A stretch of 64,000 bases of DNA. It comes from Chiloscyllium plagiosum. Taxonomy: Eukaryota. The translations under genes and the position numbers were made by a program. The notes under the pieces were generated by a model. That model had not been told where the DNA came from and searched no databases. It worked only from the letters and a program-made list of their open reading frames with translations. Of this stretch, positions 12,940 through 25,479 are shown in pieces. How positions within the stretch are numbered: position 1 is the first letter of the stretch; each line of letters starts with the position of its first letter. The DNA lies in contig NC_057712.1 in NCBI RefSeq assembly GCF_004010195.1, forward strand, positions 73,890,696 through 73,954,695, written 5' to 3'.

Positions 12940-13210
12940 TTCATATGGATGTTAAAGATTCTATGTGTTTAATCAAAGAAGACCAGGGGGTTATCCTGGT
13001 ACTGTGGTCAACATTCTTCACTCAACCAACAATAACATGCAATAATTCCCTAGTCGTCCCTCTCATTGTGTTTTGTGGATCATTGCTGTCCCAAATGGCA
13101 GCTACAGGACTCTAAATAACACCACTTCAGTACAAGGCAATTCTTAATACATAAGCTCTTTGAAATGTTTCTGAAAGATGTGATTAGGCACTGTATATAT
13201 ACAGGTCTTC
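12940..13210 (+). mobile_element. Deu-domain SINE remnant (SacSINE1-like)
   Basis: GGATGTTAAAGATTCTATG...AAGAAGACCAGGGG...CTCAACCAACA...TTTGTGG..TTGCTGT..CAAATGGCAGC resembles the Deu core as I recall it. The 3' tail ends GGCACTGTATATATACAGGTCTT. Confidence 0.65.
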
Positions 13211-13734
13211 CAATGCACATGGAATTGCTTTGGATCAGTAGCTGCACCCTCATGTTCTCCAGTTTCCCAGTTAAGTTCTGTGCAGCCTTCAGTATTGAAC
13301 AAAGGTGCACCACATGTTACTGCTGCAGACTGAAGAGAAAATAAAGTGCTCCCTGTGCCATTTAGAGAAAGTGGCTACATGTGTTTAATGAGAACAGACA
13401 GACTAACAGTTTTTTTTTTAAAGCTTAGCTCTTTCATGTTTCGCAAGTTCTCTCATCACAGGCAGAAACAAAATACAAGACCATCACGTCAATATAATGC
13501 AGGCATAACTTTCGATCGCTATTTGACTGTCAGAACTGAAATACATGAAGGTGTGTTTCTGCAGATGCTCCAAGTGACAATGAAGTGCTTTGATTTAAAA
13601 TATTTTTGATTTACTGTTTTATGTGCATGTGTGTCCTGCCTAGCATTATGTGATTAAATTTACCTTTTAACTTTTAAAATATTTTTCACCTCTTCTGTTG
13701 TTGCTCCCCTTTGCTTTTTAACCACCTATTACTA

Positions 13735-14183
13735 GGCTGATTCATTGGACATAGAGGCAAATTTATCAAGAATGGTTAAACAGGTTAGGCCTTTATTCAT
13801 TAGAATTTAAAAGAATGAAAGGTGTGCTCAGAAAACATACAAGATTCTGACAGGGCATGACAGGATAGATGTTGTGAAGATTCTCCACTAGCGGGGGAAT
13901 CTTGAACTAGGGAGTATGTTTACAGAACAAGGGGAACACTCATTAAAAACTGAGATGCGAAGGAATTTCTTCTCCCAGAGGGGTAGTAAATGTCTGGAAT
14001 TCTCTACCATAGAGTATGGAGGCTTGATCACTGAAAGTATTTAAAAAGGATATAGATAAACCTTTGAAATATCAGAGCTGATGACTATGATGACCAGACA
14101 CGAAACAGGACTTGGGCAAATCAACTATGATCGTGATGAAAGGTGGGGCAAGTTTGAGGGGCTAAATGGCCTACATTTTCTAT
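13735..14183 (+). mobile_element. CR1 LINE 3' end, old
   Basis: Decayed ETYKIL.G.DR, RNFFSQR and WNSLP motifs plus a CR1-type 3' UTR. Confidence 0.8.
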
Positions 14184-14184
14184 T

Positions 14185-14854
14185 TAGAGTCGTAGAGTTG
14201 TACAGTACAGAAACTTTGGTCACAACTCATCCTTGCTGACCAGATATCCTAGTCCCAATAGCCAGCATTTGACCCATATCCTTCTAAAGATGTGTTGAGT
14301 TCTGCAGGCCCATGATACAGCAATGATACCTAACTATGCAATTCTCAAAGTGTGTTACACCCAACTTCAATCTCACAGGCTTTAGAAACCAAGCATACAC
14401 AATCTGTTGCAATCAATATCTCTTTCAACAGTTTAGAACATAAGAAATACTTTAAACTTGAAATGATTCAGAAAAGATTTACAAGGATGTTGCCGGGTTT
14501 GGAGAGTTTACTTTACAGAGAGAGGATGAATAGGCTGGGGCTGCTCAGATGTTTCCTACTCAGATGCCTTTTAAATGCTGTGATTGTACCAGCCTCCACC
14601 ACTTCCACTGGCAGCTCATTCCATACACGCACCACCCTCTGCACGAAAAAGTTGCCCCTTAGGTTCCTTTTAAACCTTTCCCTTCTCACTTTAAATCTTT
14701 GCCTTCTAGTTTTGGATTCCCCTTCGCTGGGGAAAAGACCTTGACAATTCACCCTATCCATACTCCTCGTGATTTTATAAACTTCTATAAGATCATTCCT
14801 CAGCCTTCGATGGTCTGGGGCAACAGCCTCAGCCTATTCATCCTCTCTCTGTAA
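14185..14854 (-). mobile_element. Rearranged HER1/CR1 3' end
   Basis: Minus-strand pieces at 14185-14289 and about 14553-14854 (RGNFFVQRVVRVWNELP), with a plus-strand piece at about 14452-14543 (IQKRFTRMLPGLE) between them. Confidence 0.85.
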
Positions 14855-15239
14855 TGTCAAAAAGGAAGAGGCAATCAGATTCTAAAGAAGAGGAATTGAT
14901 ATCATCGTTAACGTAAATCATAAAGATCTGACAGACAGAGTGAATTCACTTTAGTATGAGTACTTAAAAGGAGTGTTGTTGGGATTCATGGAATTATATT
15001 TTACTGTGTATTTCAAAGTCTTTAAATTTGTGTTATATGTACATTGATTTATTCCATTTTAACTTCAAAACTCTTCTGCACATCACTTTTGCTTTATTGT
15101 GAAAACCAAATCTGTAGCACTGTCTGTGCCTCAATAAAAGAAGACCTTGTTAAAGCCTAAAAATAAGTTATCTATCAAGCCAGATTTCAGGGTGGCATTT
15201 GATCTATCCAGTAATAACATTAGTTGGTATCAAAATATC

Positions 15240-15617
15240 TCCACCATTAATGCTTAGATGCAGCAGTGTGTACTGTCTACAAGATTCAATGCAAAATTCA
15301 CCAAGGTCCCACAATAGCACCTTCCAAACTCATGGCGACTACAATTGACTTAGACAAGGCCAACAAGGACATGGGAACACACCACCTAAAGGCTTCTCTC
15401 CGTGCCACTAACGGCCTTGAGTAGGAAATATATTGCTGTTCCTTTGGAGTCATTCAGTCAATAACCTGGAACTCCCTCTCTAAGAGTACTATGGGTGGAC
15501 CTACACTAAATGGATTGAAATAGTTCAAGAAAGTAGCTCCCAATGACCTTCTCAAAGGCAACACAGAATGGAAAATAATTCCAGTGATGCCCATTTCCCA
15601 TGAATGAATAAAAAAGA
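15240..15617 (+). mobile_element. L2-like (non-HER1) LINE 3' end
   Basis: WNSL-coding stretch and CCCATGAATGAATAAAAAA tail. Homologous copies at about 23340-23610(-), 36530-37170(+), 52900-53965(+) and 56700-57800(-). Confidence 0.7.
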
Positions 15618-16430
15618 CTTCCATTCACTGAATGGCAGTTGATCTATGATCACAAGAAACCATCTTGTGGACATTTGGCTCCCAGACAGCTGCATGATGC
15701 ATTTGTCCTTTGAGAGTCCATATGCTTCAAAACTTCTGGTCAATGTCCAGATTCTTTCAGGAGTGGCTACTAAAGAATGAGGGTTATTTTCTGAGGAATT
15801 GGCTTTTCATAGAATCCCTACAAAATTCCAACTCTCACAAACACTAACCAGTGCATCCATTAGTATAAAAAGAGGCCATTTGGTCCATCAATTCCACACT
15901 GATCTTCCTAAGCACATCCCATCCTAACCCCATGATCCCACATCTACCATGGTTAACCCATTTAGGCCTACTCATTCTTGGACACTACAGGACAATGTAG
16001 CATGGCAAATCCACCTAATCTGCGCATCTTTAGATTGTGGATAGAAACTAGAGCACCCAGTGGAAACCCATGTAGACATAGGGAGAATATGGAGAGTAAC
16101 CCAAGGCTGGAATCAAACCCAATCCTTGGCATTGTTGCAGCAGTGCTAATCACTGAGCCACTGTGGCACCCACATGACGCTCATGCTTCTGATGTTCATT
16201 AAGCACTCAGATTCAGATGCACTATAGCCAGAACTATCTACAACATGGACCTGCATTAAAGAAGCTCTTGTGCACCCACTGCTGTTATTGGTCAGGTATC
16301 GTGTTCCAGTCCAAGTGTCTCATACTGTGGTCAGCTGCTGTGCACTCCACAATATGAACATCCAAAGACGGCAGAAGTTGGAAGAAAGGGAGAACTTGGA
16401 ATGCTACTCTTCCTCAGAGGGGGTTCTCTA
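15617..16430 (+). pseudogene. PIF/Harbinger transposase fossil, split by an HE1 SINE
   Basis: Frame-broken motifs in canonical order: DFHSLN.QLIYDH, P.S(C)HDAFVL.ES, EWLLKNEGYFLRNWL (compare GWLLGDKGYPL..WL), RCTIARTI and VSHTVVSCCALHNM. Confidence 0.75.
15865..16171 (-). mobile_element. HE1-type SINE
   Basis: HE1 head and body on the minus strand. Confidence 0.85.
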
Positions 16431-16431
16431 G

Positions 16432-17195
16432 CCGCTCATTCCATACACGGTCCACCCTCTGTGTGAAAAAGTTGCCCCTTAGGTCTCTTTGATATCTTTC
16501 CCACCTCACCCTAAACCTATGCCCTCCAGTTCTGGATTCCCCTAACCCAGGAAAAAGACCTTATCTATTTATCCTATCCATGCCCCTCATGATTTTATAA
16601 ACTTCTATAAGGTCACATCTCAGCCTCTGACACTCCAGGGAAAACAGCCCCAGCCTATTCAGCCTCTCCCTATCGTTCAAATCCTCTAACCTTGGCACAT
16701 CCTCGTAAACCTTTTCTAACCCTTTCAAGTTTCACAATATCCTTCTGATAGGAGGGAGATCAGAATTGCACACAATATTCCAAAAGTGGCTTAACCAATG
16801 TCCTGTACAGCTGCAATATGACCTCCCAACTCCTATACTCAATGCTCTGACCAATAAAGGAAAGCATACCAAACGCCTTCTTCACTATCCTATCTACCTG
16901 ACACTCCACTTTCAAGAAACAATGAACCTAAACTCCAGGATCTCTTTGTTCAGCAACAATCCACAGGACCTTGCCACTAAGTATATAAGTCCTGCTCTGA
17001 TTTGTTTTTCCAAAATGTAGCACTTCACATTTATCTAAAGTAAATTCCATCTGCCACTTCTCAGCCCATTGGTTCATCTGATCAAGATCCCATTGTACCC
17101 TGAGGTAACCTTCTTCACTGTTCATCACACCTCCAATTTTGATGTCATCTGCAAACTTACTAACTATACCTTCTATGTTCACATCCAAAACAATA
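16432..17195 (-). mobile_element. HER1/CR1 LINE RT C-terminal fragment
   Basis: SKFADDIKIGG..WAEKWQMEF..DKCEVLHFG in ORF 16928-17209, with downstream CR1 motifs. Confidence 0.92.
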
Positions 17196-18908
17196 CATGA
17201 ATGAACCAATTAAAATTCTGGATACATTTCACATAGCCCAATGTAAGTTCACTGTAAAGTAAGTGATGTAATATTAGATATATACTAGAAAGTTTGGAAA
17301 GGAAATAGGTAATTCCAAACTCCTGGACATACCCGAGAGTCTCACCAAATTAAGCATCAATCACAAAGAGAGCTAAACCCATAACAATATTTCAAACAAA
17401 CTCTGTTGGTTTCTAGGACTCCTGCTGGATATTCCCACTTGACCCTGGTATGGGTTGATTACTCGATTTACTGTTTGACATTACGGAACAGTGTGTATCA
17501 TTCAAGTAGTGCCAACCAGCGCGAATGATGTGATCATCTGGGTGCACAAGTTCTGGAGAATTGCCAAATCTAAAAGAATGGTACATTCTCATAAGCTGAA
17601 TGTAGGACAATTCCTAATTGCTTTCATGGTTACTGTGAACAGCTGAAAAATACAAGATTTTCTGGACTCCTTCCAGTAAAAGTCCAGAGTGTGGTCAGTT
17701 GGATTGTGATCCTGACGACATCTGTTCCTAGCTGTCTGAAACAAGACATTAACGATCCCTCAGACTGCACGCTAATGCTGATCACACAAGAAAAACCAAC
17801 ATGTAAAGAAATCGTTCCCTGGTCCAATTCACTCCCTGTCAATTCTGCAGCTCTGTAAATGGTGAGACCTTTGACCTAGAAATCTGTAATCTTTCTCTGG
17901 ATTTTCCACCTAACCAAGGAACCATCATGGGCAGCAACATCTTGCACTAACACGATTCCTAAGTAAACTGGCTCTGATGCAAATACCTTTGAAGCATATA
18001 TTTATCCTATCCAGAAACATGCTCACAAGTTGCAATATGTAGATAGTATGACATTCATCTATCCCATACACAACACCACATTCATTAAAAAGTATAATGA
18101 TGAAAAGACCAAAATAAAAATTAAAAATACAACTTGCTAAGAAAGTGAATTCAAGGCATTTCAAGTTGATTTAGCAGACAGACCTGAGGCTGAAACTTTG
18201 GGCCCCGCCAAGGAGATGGAACTGGAACATACTGGTACCAGCTGGTGGATTGGTTTTCTGACCGCATTTCCAGCACTAGGTATTTTTGCTGAGGCACATT
18301 TGTAGCTGCCAGGGTTACCTGGTCCCACAAGGTAGGTAACCAATCAGCTTCATTCAGAATTTCGTTAACCACAGTTAAAAGAAGATCAATTGGGATTTTT
18401 AGATCAGCTTCAGTTTTCCTATCTGACAGGGTTGGTTAAACCCCTGGGTGAGAGCACCCAGTCACAGGCTAAGTGATGGTGCTGGTGGGGAGAGAAATAT
18501 GCTTATAGAAATCCTGTAGATTCTCCTTATTGGGAGGTGACTGAAGCCTAAGGTCTTACTGTAGACGGTCTCCCTTCTGCCACAGTGGTACCTGTTTTTC
18601 ATTTGAAGTTTAACAATGTTGGAGGATGCCCCCACTTTGAACTGCCCTCTCAGTTATATGATGTAAGGTATGTGATTCATTGAGAGGATTTTTGGATTTT
18701 GAACCAAGTGGGTTCTCTGTAAGTACGAAAAAATTAATTGTTAACTTGTGTGTATTTCTGTAACCATAATGATTAATTTTAAAACAGACTAGGAGACAGA
18801 CTCTACCTCAAGAGTAATGGGCTTTTGTTTGCATTATTTGTTGTAAAACACAGCCAGCATAAACAGTTGTGCATTAGACTGCTGGAGAAGGTTCTAGAAT
18901 GGATTTCT

Positions 18909-19382
18909 TTTTGCTTGGGGAAAATAACTGTAGCTTGAAGACAGCTGTATTGGTTTCAATTTCACAGAAATCTTGGCTGATGTTGGATGTGTATACGAGT
19001 TGCTCCCAAAGAAGGGAGATATGTTCAGGTATAAGTTTCCTCGATGTTCCAGATCAGAAACGTTTGGGTAAAATTCTGAAAGGCCAATTCGAAGCAGAGA
19101 AAGTCGAAGCACATTTGCATTAAGACTCATAGAATCAATGCAATTATTATTTGCTTGGGAAAAATACTGCATATTGAAGACAGCCGTATTGGTTTCAGTT
19201 TCGGAGAAGTCTTAGCTGATGTTGGAGGCGTATACTGATTGCTCCCAAAGAGGTAAGCTTTTCTAACTGTTAAAATATAAGTTTCCTCAATGTTATGAAC
19301 CAGAAGCGTTGCATAAAATCCTGAAAGGGTTAACTTAAGCTGAAAATGTCGAAGCTCATTTGTATGAAGACACATAGAATCA
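18909..19382 (+). repeat. Diverged two-copy tandem duplication, period about 240 bp
   Basis: TTTGCTTGGG..TTGAAGACAGC.GTATTGGTTTCA..GCTCCCAAAGA..TATAAGTTTCCTC..CATAGAATC occurs at about 18909-19137 and 19150-19382. Confidence 0.85.
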
Positions 19383-19588
19383 TTGAGTCATAGAATCATG
19401 CACTATAGAAGATGTCCTTTGGCTCACTGAATCTGCACCTACAAAATTGCTCTAAATTTGAGTCCACTTTCCAGCCTTGGATCATAGCCTTGAAAGTTAT
19501 GACATTTCAAGTGCTCATCCAACTGGTTTCAAAAGGTTGGGAGGTTTCCTGCCTCACCTACCCTCCCAGGCAGTGCATTCCCGACTCT
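19373..19588 (-). mobile_element. CR1 3' end (second subfamily; similar copy at about 56195-56370)
   Basis: CATAGAAT tail repeat; the minus strand encodes NALPG..V..G.L..F..LDEHLKC. Confidence 0.7.
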
Positions 19589-19675
19589 TAGAAAAGACAA
19601 TCAGATTCACCAGAATTTTTACATTGTGTTATATGCAAATAGTTTGGTTTATTCGATTTTATCTTCATTTCATTT

Positions 19676-20480
19676 GAATTGAATTGAACTGAACTGAATT
19701 TATTATCACGTATACCGAGGCACAGTGAAAAGCTTTGTCTTGCGAGCAATGGCCATGCTAAATTGCCCGTAGTGTTAGGTGAAGGGGTAAATGTAGGGGA
19801 ATGGGTCTGGGTGGGTTGCTCTTCGGAGGGTCGGTGTGGACTTGGGCCAAAGGGCCTGTTTCCACACTGTTATTAATCTAATCTAATCGAATCAATGCAG
19901 GCAGATCACAGAGTTAAGTAGCATAGATATGTAAATAATAGATAAACAGTGGCAAAAACAAAAACACAGGTACAGACAAATGCTAAGAGTTTGTGAGACC
20001 ATTCAGTATTCTAACAACAGTAGGGTAGAAACTGTTTTGAAACCAGCTGGTGCGTGTATTCAGGCTTCTGTACCTTCTCCCTGATGGTAGAGGTTGTAGA
20101 AAAACATTGTCAGGGTGGGATGGATCTTTGAGAATGCTGGCGGCCTCTCCTTGACAATGAGATTTTATAGATGGGAAGTTTGCCTTTGTGATTATCCAGG
20201 CTGAGTTCACCGCTCTCTGTAACCATCTCCGATCTTGAATGGTACAGTTGCCATACCAGGTAGTGATACATCCAGACAGAATGTTCTCGATGGCGCACCT
20301 ATAAAAGTTGGCAAGGGTATTCGCCATCATGCTAAATTTCCTCAGATGCCTGAGGAAGACGTGAGTAACATCCCACCGAAAGTCAATAATGAGTTCCTCG
20401 GTTTTGCCGGCATTGAGAGCTAGGTTGTTCTCAGTGCACCATTTTTCCAGGTCTTCCACCTCCTCTCTATAGTCTGTTGC
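19676..20480 (-). mobile_element. Rex1/Babar-type LINE 3' portion, containing a truncated HE1 SINE at about 19750-19890 (+)
   Basis: ORF 19983-20459 has WCTENNLALNAGKTEELIIDFR, NFYRCAIENILSGCITTWYG, KDPSHP and LPSGRRYRS. (TTCAR)n tail. Confidence 0.9.
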
Positions 20481-21354
20481 ATAATAAACTTCTGTTTTAT
20501 TGTTAAAATCAAATCTAAAGCATTGTGAGCTTGTGCTCCTATGAAAGACTATCTAATTAAAATCAAACAAAATGAACAAAATATGATCTAAAAAAGCCAG
20601 ATTTCAGTCTGGGATCTGACTTACCCAGAAATAACATCAGCCGGGATAATAACAATTGTTTACCTTCCATCTAACTTCTCCCAGCAGTGATTACACTTTC
20701 AAAGTACAACACTTGAGAGGTTCCAGTGATCATTAAAAGCATAACAAAGATGTAGGCCTTTTGTTTTCATTTTTCTCCACCGCAGGCTGCTGCTCCATTT
20801 AAACTGAAAGGCCACTGTGTCTTGAATTTACCTGCCATCCTTAATTGGACAGGCAATCTGTGTCAATACCAGTTAAGGGAGCACCTCCCTAAACATCTCA
20901 AGATTGACTGCTGACTCCTGCTGAGGGGTCAACTATTCCAATATGCTCTTTCCTAACTGTCTTCCACAAAACTGAGATCATCCATAACTCTGTTGTTCGT
21001 ATCTGATTCACAAAGTCCATGCCTTGATGCTGGTTCCCTCTAACTACCTCTGAAATAGAGAGCCTCTCGGAGGCAGCTGACAGACCTTACACTGCTGGCA
21101 GCATTCAAGAATCACTGAAAACCCATGAGAGTTCATGCAAATCCCTGAATCAACACTCAATCCCATTGGACTCAGGGATAATGAGCTTTCAAAAACGTGC
21201 CCATTAGCCAAGGTGGGGGTGGTATCGCACATTAGGCTATTCACACCACTAAGTAATAAGGCCGTCTTTCCCCCAGAGTGAATGAAATGTGCAAATCTTC
21301 TCAGTGAGTACATGGAACTGCCACTTAACCCACTCCAGCAGGGTACAATAAATC

Positions 21355-21485
21355 ATTCCTGACAAAGGTCTTTTGCCCGAAACATCGATTCTCCTGCTCC
21401 TTGGATGCTGCCTGACCTGCTGTGCTTTTCCAGCACCACACTCTTCAACTCTGATCACCAGCATCTGCTGTCCTCACTTCCACCC
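21355..21485 (+). mobile_element. Short Penelope-derived insertion (family B) starting at a degenerate hammerhead
   Basis: ATTC CTGACAA A GGTC TTTT GCCC GAAA CATC GATT. TSD CAATAAATC at 21346-21354 and 21488-21496. Confidence 0.75.
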
Positions 21486-21639
21486 TGCAATAAATCCATG
21501 CCAAAGTTCAGTGTATGGGGGGTTACCTTTACATTAGGTGTTATCTTGGTGAGAGAGGTGTTTCGGAGATCTTGTCCTAACAAGTCACAACCTCACCTAA
21601 AGTATAATCACTGAAGTGTGCATCTGTAAATGATAAACC

Positions 21640-22010
21640 ACAAAGTAGTCAAGTTGATTTTTCTTTTGAGAAACCTATTATGCTAATGGAGGAGTGCTTG
21701 CGTGTACTGTTTGTGTGGACATCTTCAAAACATTTTAATATGTGCATGCATAAGAACTTACCATTATTAGCAAAACTGAAAGCACAGAAAATTGGAGGTA
21801 GTCATGTGAAATGGTTTGGTACTTGACTGACAGGATAAAGATAGATACAGAGATAAAGGGTTTTCTATCTGATTGGTGGAATATGGCAAGTGGTGCATCT
21901 CAGAACTCCATACTTAGCTCCTCTCCTTCTAAATGGCTTGGGCTAAGAAAAAGAAAATTGTCAATCCAAGTTTATACATCTCAGTAAGTTAGGTAGTACT
22001 TTCACTACAG
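21640..22010 (+). mobile_element. Very old CR1 RT fragment
   Basis: Faint DF.K.F, W..V.SG..Q.S.L and SKF-like remnants. Confidence 0.45.
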
Positions 22011-25000
22011 CCTGAACTGCAGCAAATTTAAACAAAGTCGGATTTTGATATTTCTGGGTCCTTCCCTTCTTGCCTTGTGCACTTTCTCCTGATTTTATCT
22101 ACAGTACACTGAGGGAAGAATTTTCTTGAGGTGTCAGGAGTCTGACAAGACCTCTGAAGAAGTCTTCCCTTTCTAAGGAAAGTCCAATGAATGACAAGCT
22201 AATTGCGTGGTGGCAAGGCTACCAACAGACTTTCCCCTCGAATCAGGCTCCCAGGGATGGAGGTCCTGCTGACCAAGAGCAGCTAGATAACCAGAGGCTG
22301 ACAACTCTTGCACTTAGCAATACGACAGAGGACTGCTGGCGAGACTCAGGATAAAGCTGAGTGATTTGGAGAGGGGAGGAGGTTTCTTGGATTGCAGGTC
22401 ATAAAGAGAGGTGGTTCGGGCATTTCAGAAGCAAGGGAAAGAGGTTGGCTCCCAGATGTCCCTGAAACAGGCACTGACTGCACACATGCACGCACATACA
22501 CACACACCTCCCCTTCAACCCACCAACCCAACCCCAGCAAAGTGACAACCTGCCCACAGGATTGCAGGCCCTTTCAGCTGGATTAATTCCAGCAGCCAAA
22601 GGCTGAGGCCTTTCAAGTGGCCCTCAAGGCTACATAAGGACCTCAGCAGCAGCAGACAGCAAGGTTAACCGGGGCCCTTTCTACCCACCATCCAGCGTAG
22701 TTGAATGTTCTTCCTCCCTCCAAACCCTCCACTTTTGAAAACAAGTTTCTGGCCTTTATTTCGTCATCCCACAGTTCCTCAAAGCGAACATTGCTTTTAG
22801 TCACATGAGCTGAGGATTAGGATATTTTATAAGTACCACTCATGGACAGAGCCAAAGGAAATAAAAATGTACAGCAAATCCACCATCACCCATTTAACAT
22901 TAGCAATCCGAGTCAATATCTACACTTCCTGATTCAAGCCCGATGAGCAAAACATATTTCACAGGAATGAAACATCACCGATTCAGTGACTATGCCACAT
23001 GAGATCTTATGGAAATAAAATCAGTGCCACACTTTATAACTCTTGACAAGACTGATTACATCATTAATACTGATTATCAGTCTTAATAAATTTGGAAAAT
23101 GAGATGCAAAACCTGATTGCTTCATTCACGATTCCTTCAACAAAAAGTGCAAGTACTTAGGATTTAAAAAGAGAATTTAAATAGCTCTACATCATTTTTC
23201 CTATAGCATCCCCAGGTTTCTGAATAAGTCTTCCTTTCTTTCACGGCTTTCTGAGCAACAACATGATCACCTTTACAGCCTGACTGTTTCCCCAAGTGAA
23301 AAGAATATAAATACTGTCAAAATTCAAATTTGTTGATGAGTGAGCAGAAATGGCTGGATTCCATGCAGTAGATCAGTACATCCCAGCTTCGTGCTTCTTT
23401 TTATGATACGTATTGCTACATCTGCTCTATCCACAATCCCACACTCCTACGATCATCGGAACAACCCCCACCAACAATTCTCCTTTGCTGTTTGGAATAT
23501 TTCTCCAATTGGCATTTTTCGCATTGGGTGAAACACTACATATTTCTGTATAGCTTGGATTTGGCCAATGAGGTTCAGATGCCAAATGGATTCTGTGGTG
23601 TAAGTGCTTCCATGCTGCCTCCAAGAAACGCTCTATCTGGCCAAGAGCTGACGGAGATTACAACTTTATACAATAGGACAGCTTTCAGGGATTGAAAAGC
23701 TTCTGCTTGTGAGTTCACTGCATAATCACTTCCCCACTCTGACCATTTAACCCCCTTTAAAGGAAAACTGCAACTTTAAAATAATACAATCTGCTGGTAT
23801 AGGGTCCCCTGCATTTCTACATACATATACACGTAAACTAGTCAATCATTCACATCATTGGGCACAAGGAATTAAGGCCAAGCTCAACCTTCACATCAAG
23901 CAGTTAAAAAGGTAATTCTATAATTGGAGCCACTGACGTGGGGGCCGGGGAAGAGAAAATAAGAAAGGCAGAGACAGAGCAGAGACAGAAAGGTCAGGAC
24001 AGGGCAAGTTAGATGTGGAGGAGAAATGAGGAGGAGAGAAAGCTGAGGTACAGATCAAGTACGGATCCGAACAGGCTGAGAGATAGATTTGCTTCTTGGG
24101 TGGAAGATAAGTTACTGTTTGGAGAAGCAGATGCCTGGCTATCAGCTGATACTGTTCGGATTCTGTATTGTATGGTGTTGAATAAAGAGGTAATCATACC
24201 TTGACTCTAAGAATAACAAAAGAGCAAATGCAAAAGTAATTACACCATAGTGATGCCAGATTACATGGAACAGGGCTTGAATTTGTAAGACTTTACCAAC
24301 ATGTCCTCTCTTTCCATGCCTTGTGAACATTTATGTTTGTTAAAGTCAGGTAATGTTCACTTTTCACATTTCCACATCCTCATTTTGGATGCTTGGCCAA
24401 GCTCCAGACTAAACTAACGAATTAGCTCAGTAGAGGTCTGATTACAAAGGTTAAAGTGGAGTGTTAACTTTGATTGATTTATATCTTTCTGAGATGATAT
24501 AGTTCAGTTATAGTACATAGAAAGTTATTCTTTCTTTGCTCTGATGTTTTATTATAACATTAATTGATGTGAATGGGATCTGTCATTGCAACTATGAATG
24601 ACAATGTCCATTTGGCACTTCTATAGCGTTGTAAGAACAGTAGCTTTTCTCAAAGTAGATTTTTGAATGTGTGTTTTATTTGAATTAACATTTTATTGGT
24701 TTTGTATATAGTACATATTGGGCATCTGGGTATGGAGGGGATATGGATAAGACCTTTTCAGTAACAGAATCCACACTAGAGTTCATGACTTCTCTGAGGT
24801 GCCTAACTCATGACTGCTGAGGAGCGGACTGTAGTACACAGAAAGTGCAAGGTTCTCAGATTCCTGCTCCCAACATGGAACCTGCCGGGGTGGGAGTGCA
24901 GGTTACAGCTTTGCCACCGATACTCTCATCCCTTTAGCAGCAAAACATCGTCAGCATTGGGATTACGGGCGGGAATCCTGAAATCAGATTCTGCTTGCCA

Positions 25001-25479
25001 TTTTTAAAGGCCTCCCGACCTGGCCAGACTTCATGAAAATCTAGCCCAGGAGTTAGCAGGTTGTCCACGGTCTTGTTCTAGGTGGACAAAAGTTACATCT
25101 CCAAAGTACCAGGATACTATCCTCGCCAACTTCAACTAAAAGAGCTGCAAAAAAAAACCTGGAAGTCAGCAAATGAGCAAGGGAATGTTAGATAAATTAA
25201 TACCTTCAGCTACTGAGGGCCTCCTTTCTGTCTCTCTTTTCTTCTGTATGATGCCATTTAGAGCTTGGGCCAAATTTTTGGTTACCTGCACTAATACCTC
25301 CTTATGCAGCACAGTGTAACAGCAATAAGTATGTATGGTGTTTCAGTGTTTTCCGTAAATATTTTAAAATAGGAGTGATTACTGCTTTTATTTCACTCAG
25401 GTGCCTATTAAATCTTTATAACAGCTTTCATAGACAGTTATTTATACAGATGTCATTTGCACACTCTCTCATCCCCTAT

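Larger units (their letters stand above)
18662..20654 (+). mobile_element. Probable solo LTR (TG...CA) carrying nested insertions
   Basis: Starts TGTAAGGTATGTGAT and ends GGGATAATAACA. Related sequence at about 41152-42085 and 15000-15235. No clean TSD seen. Confidence 0.45.

Noticed and set aside
18909-19382. CRISPR-like or satellite array
   Set aside because: Only two diverged long units with no repeat-spacer structure, in a eukaryotic context.
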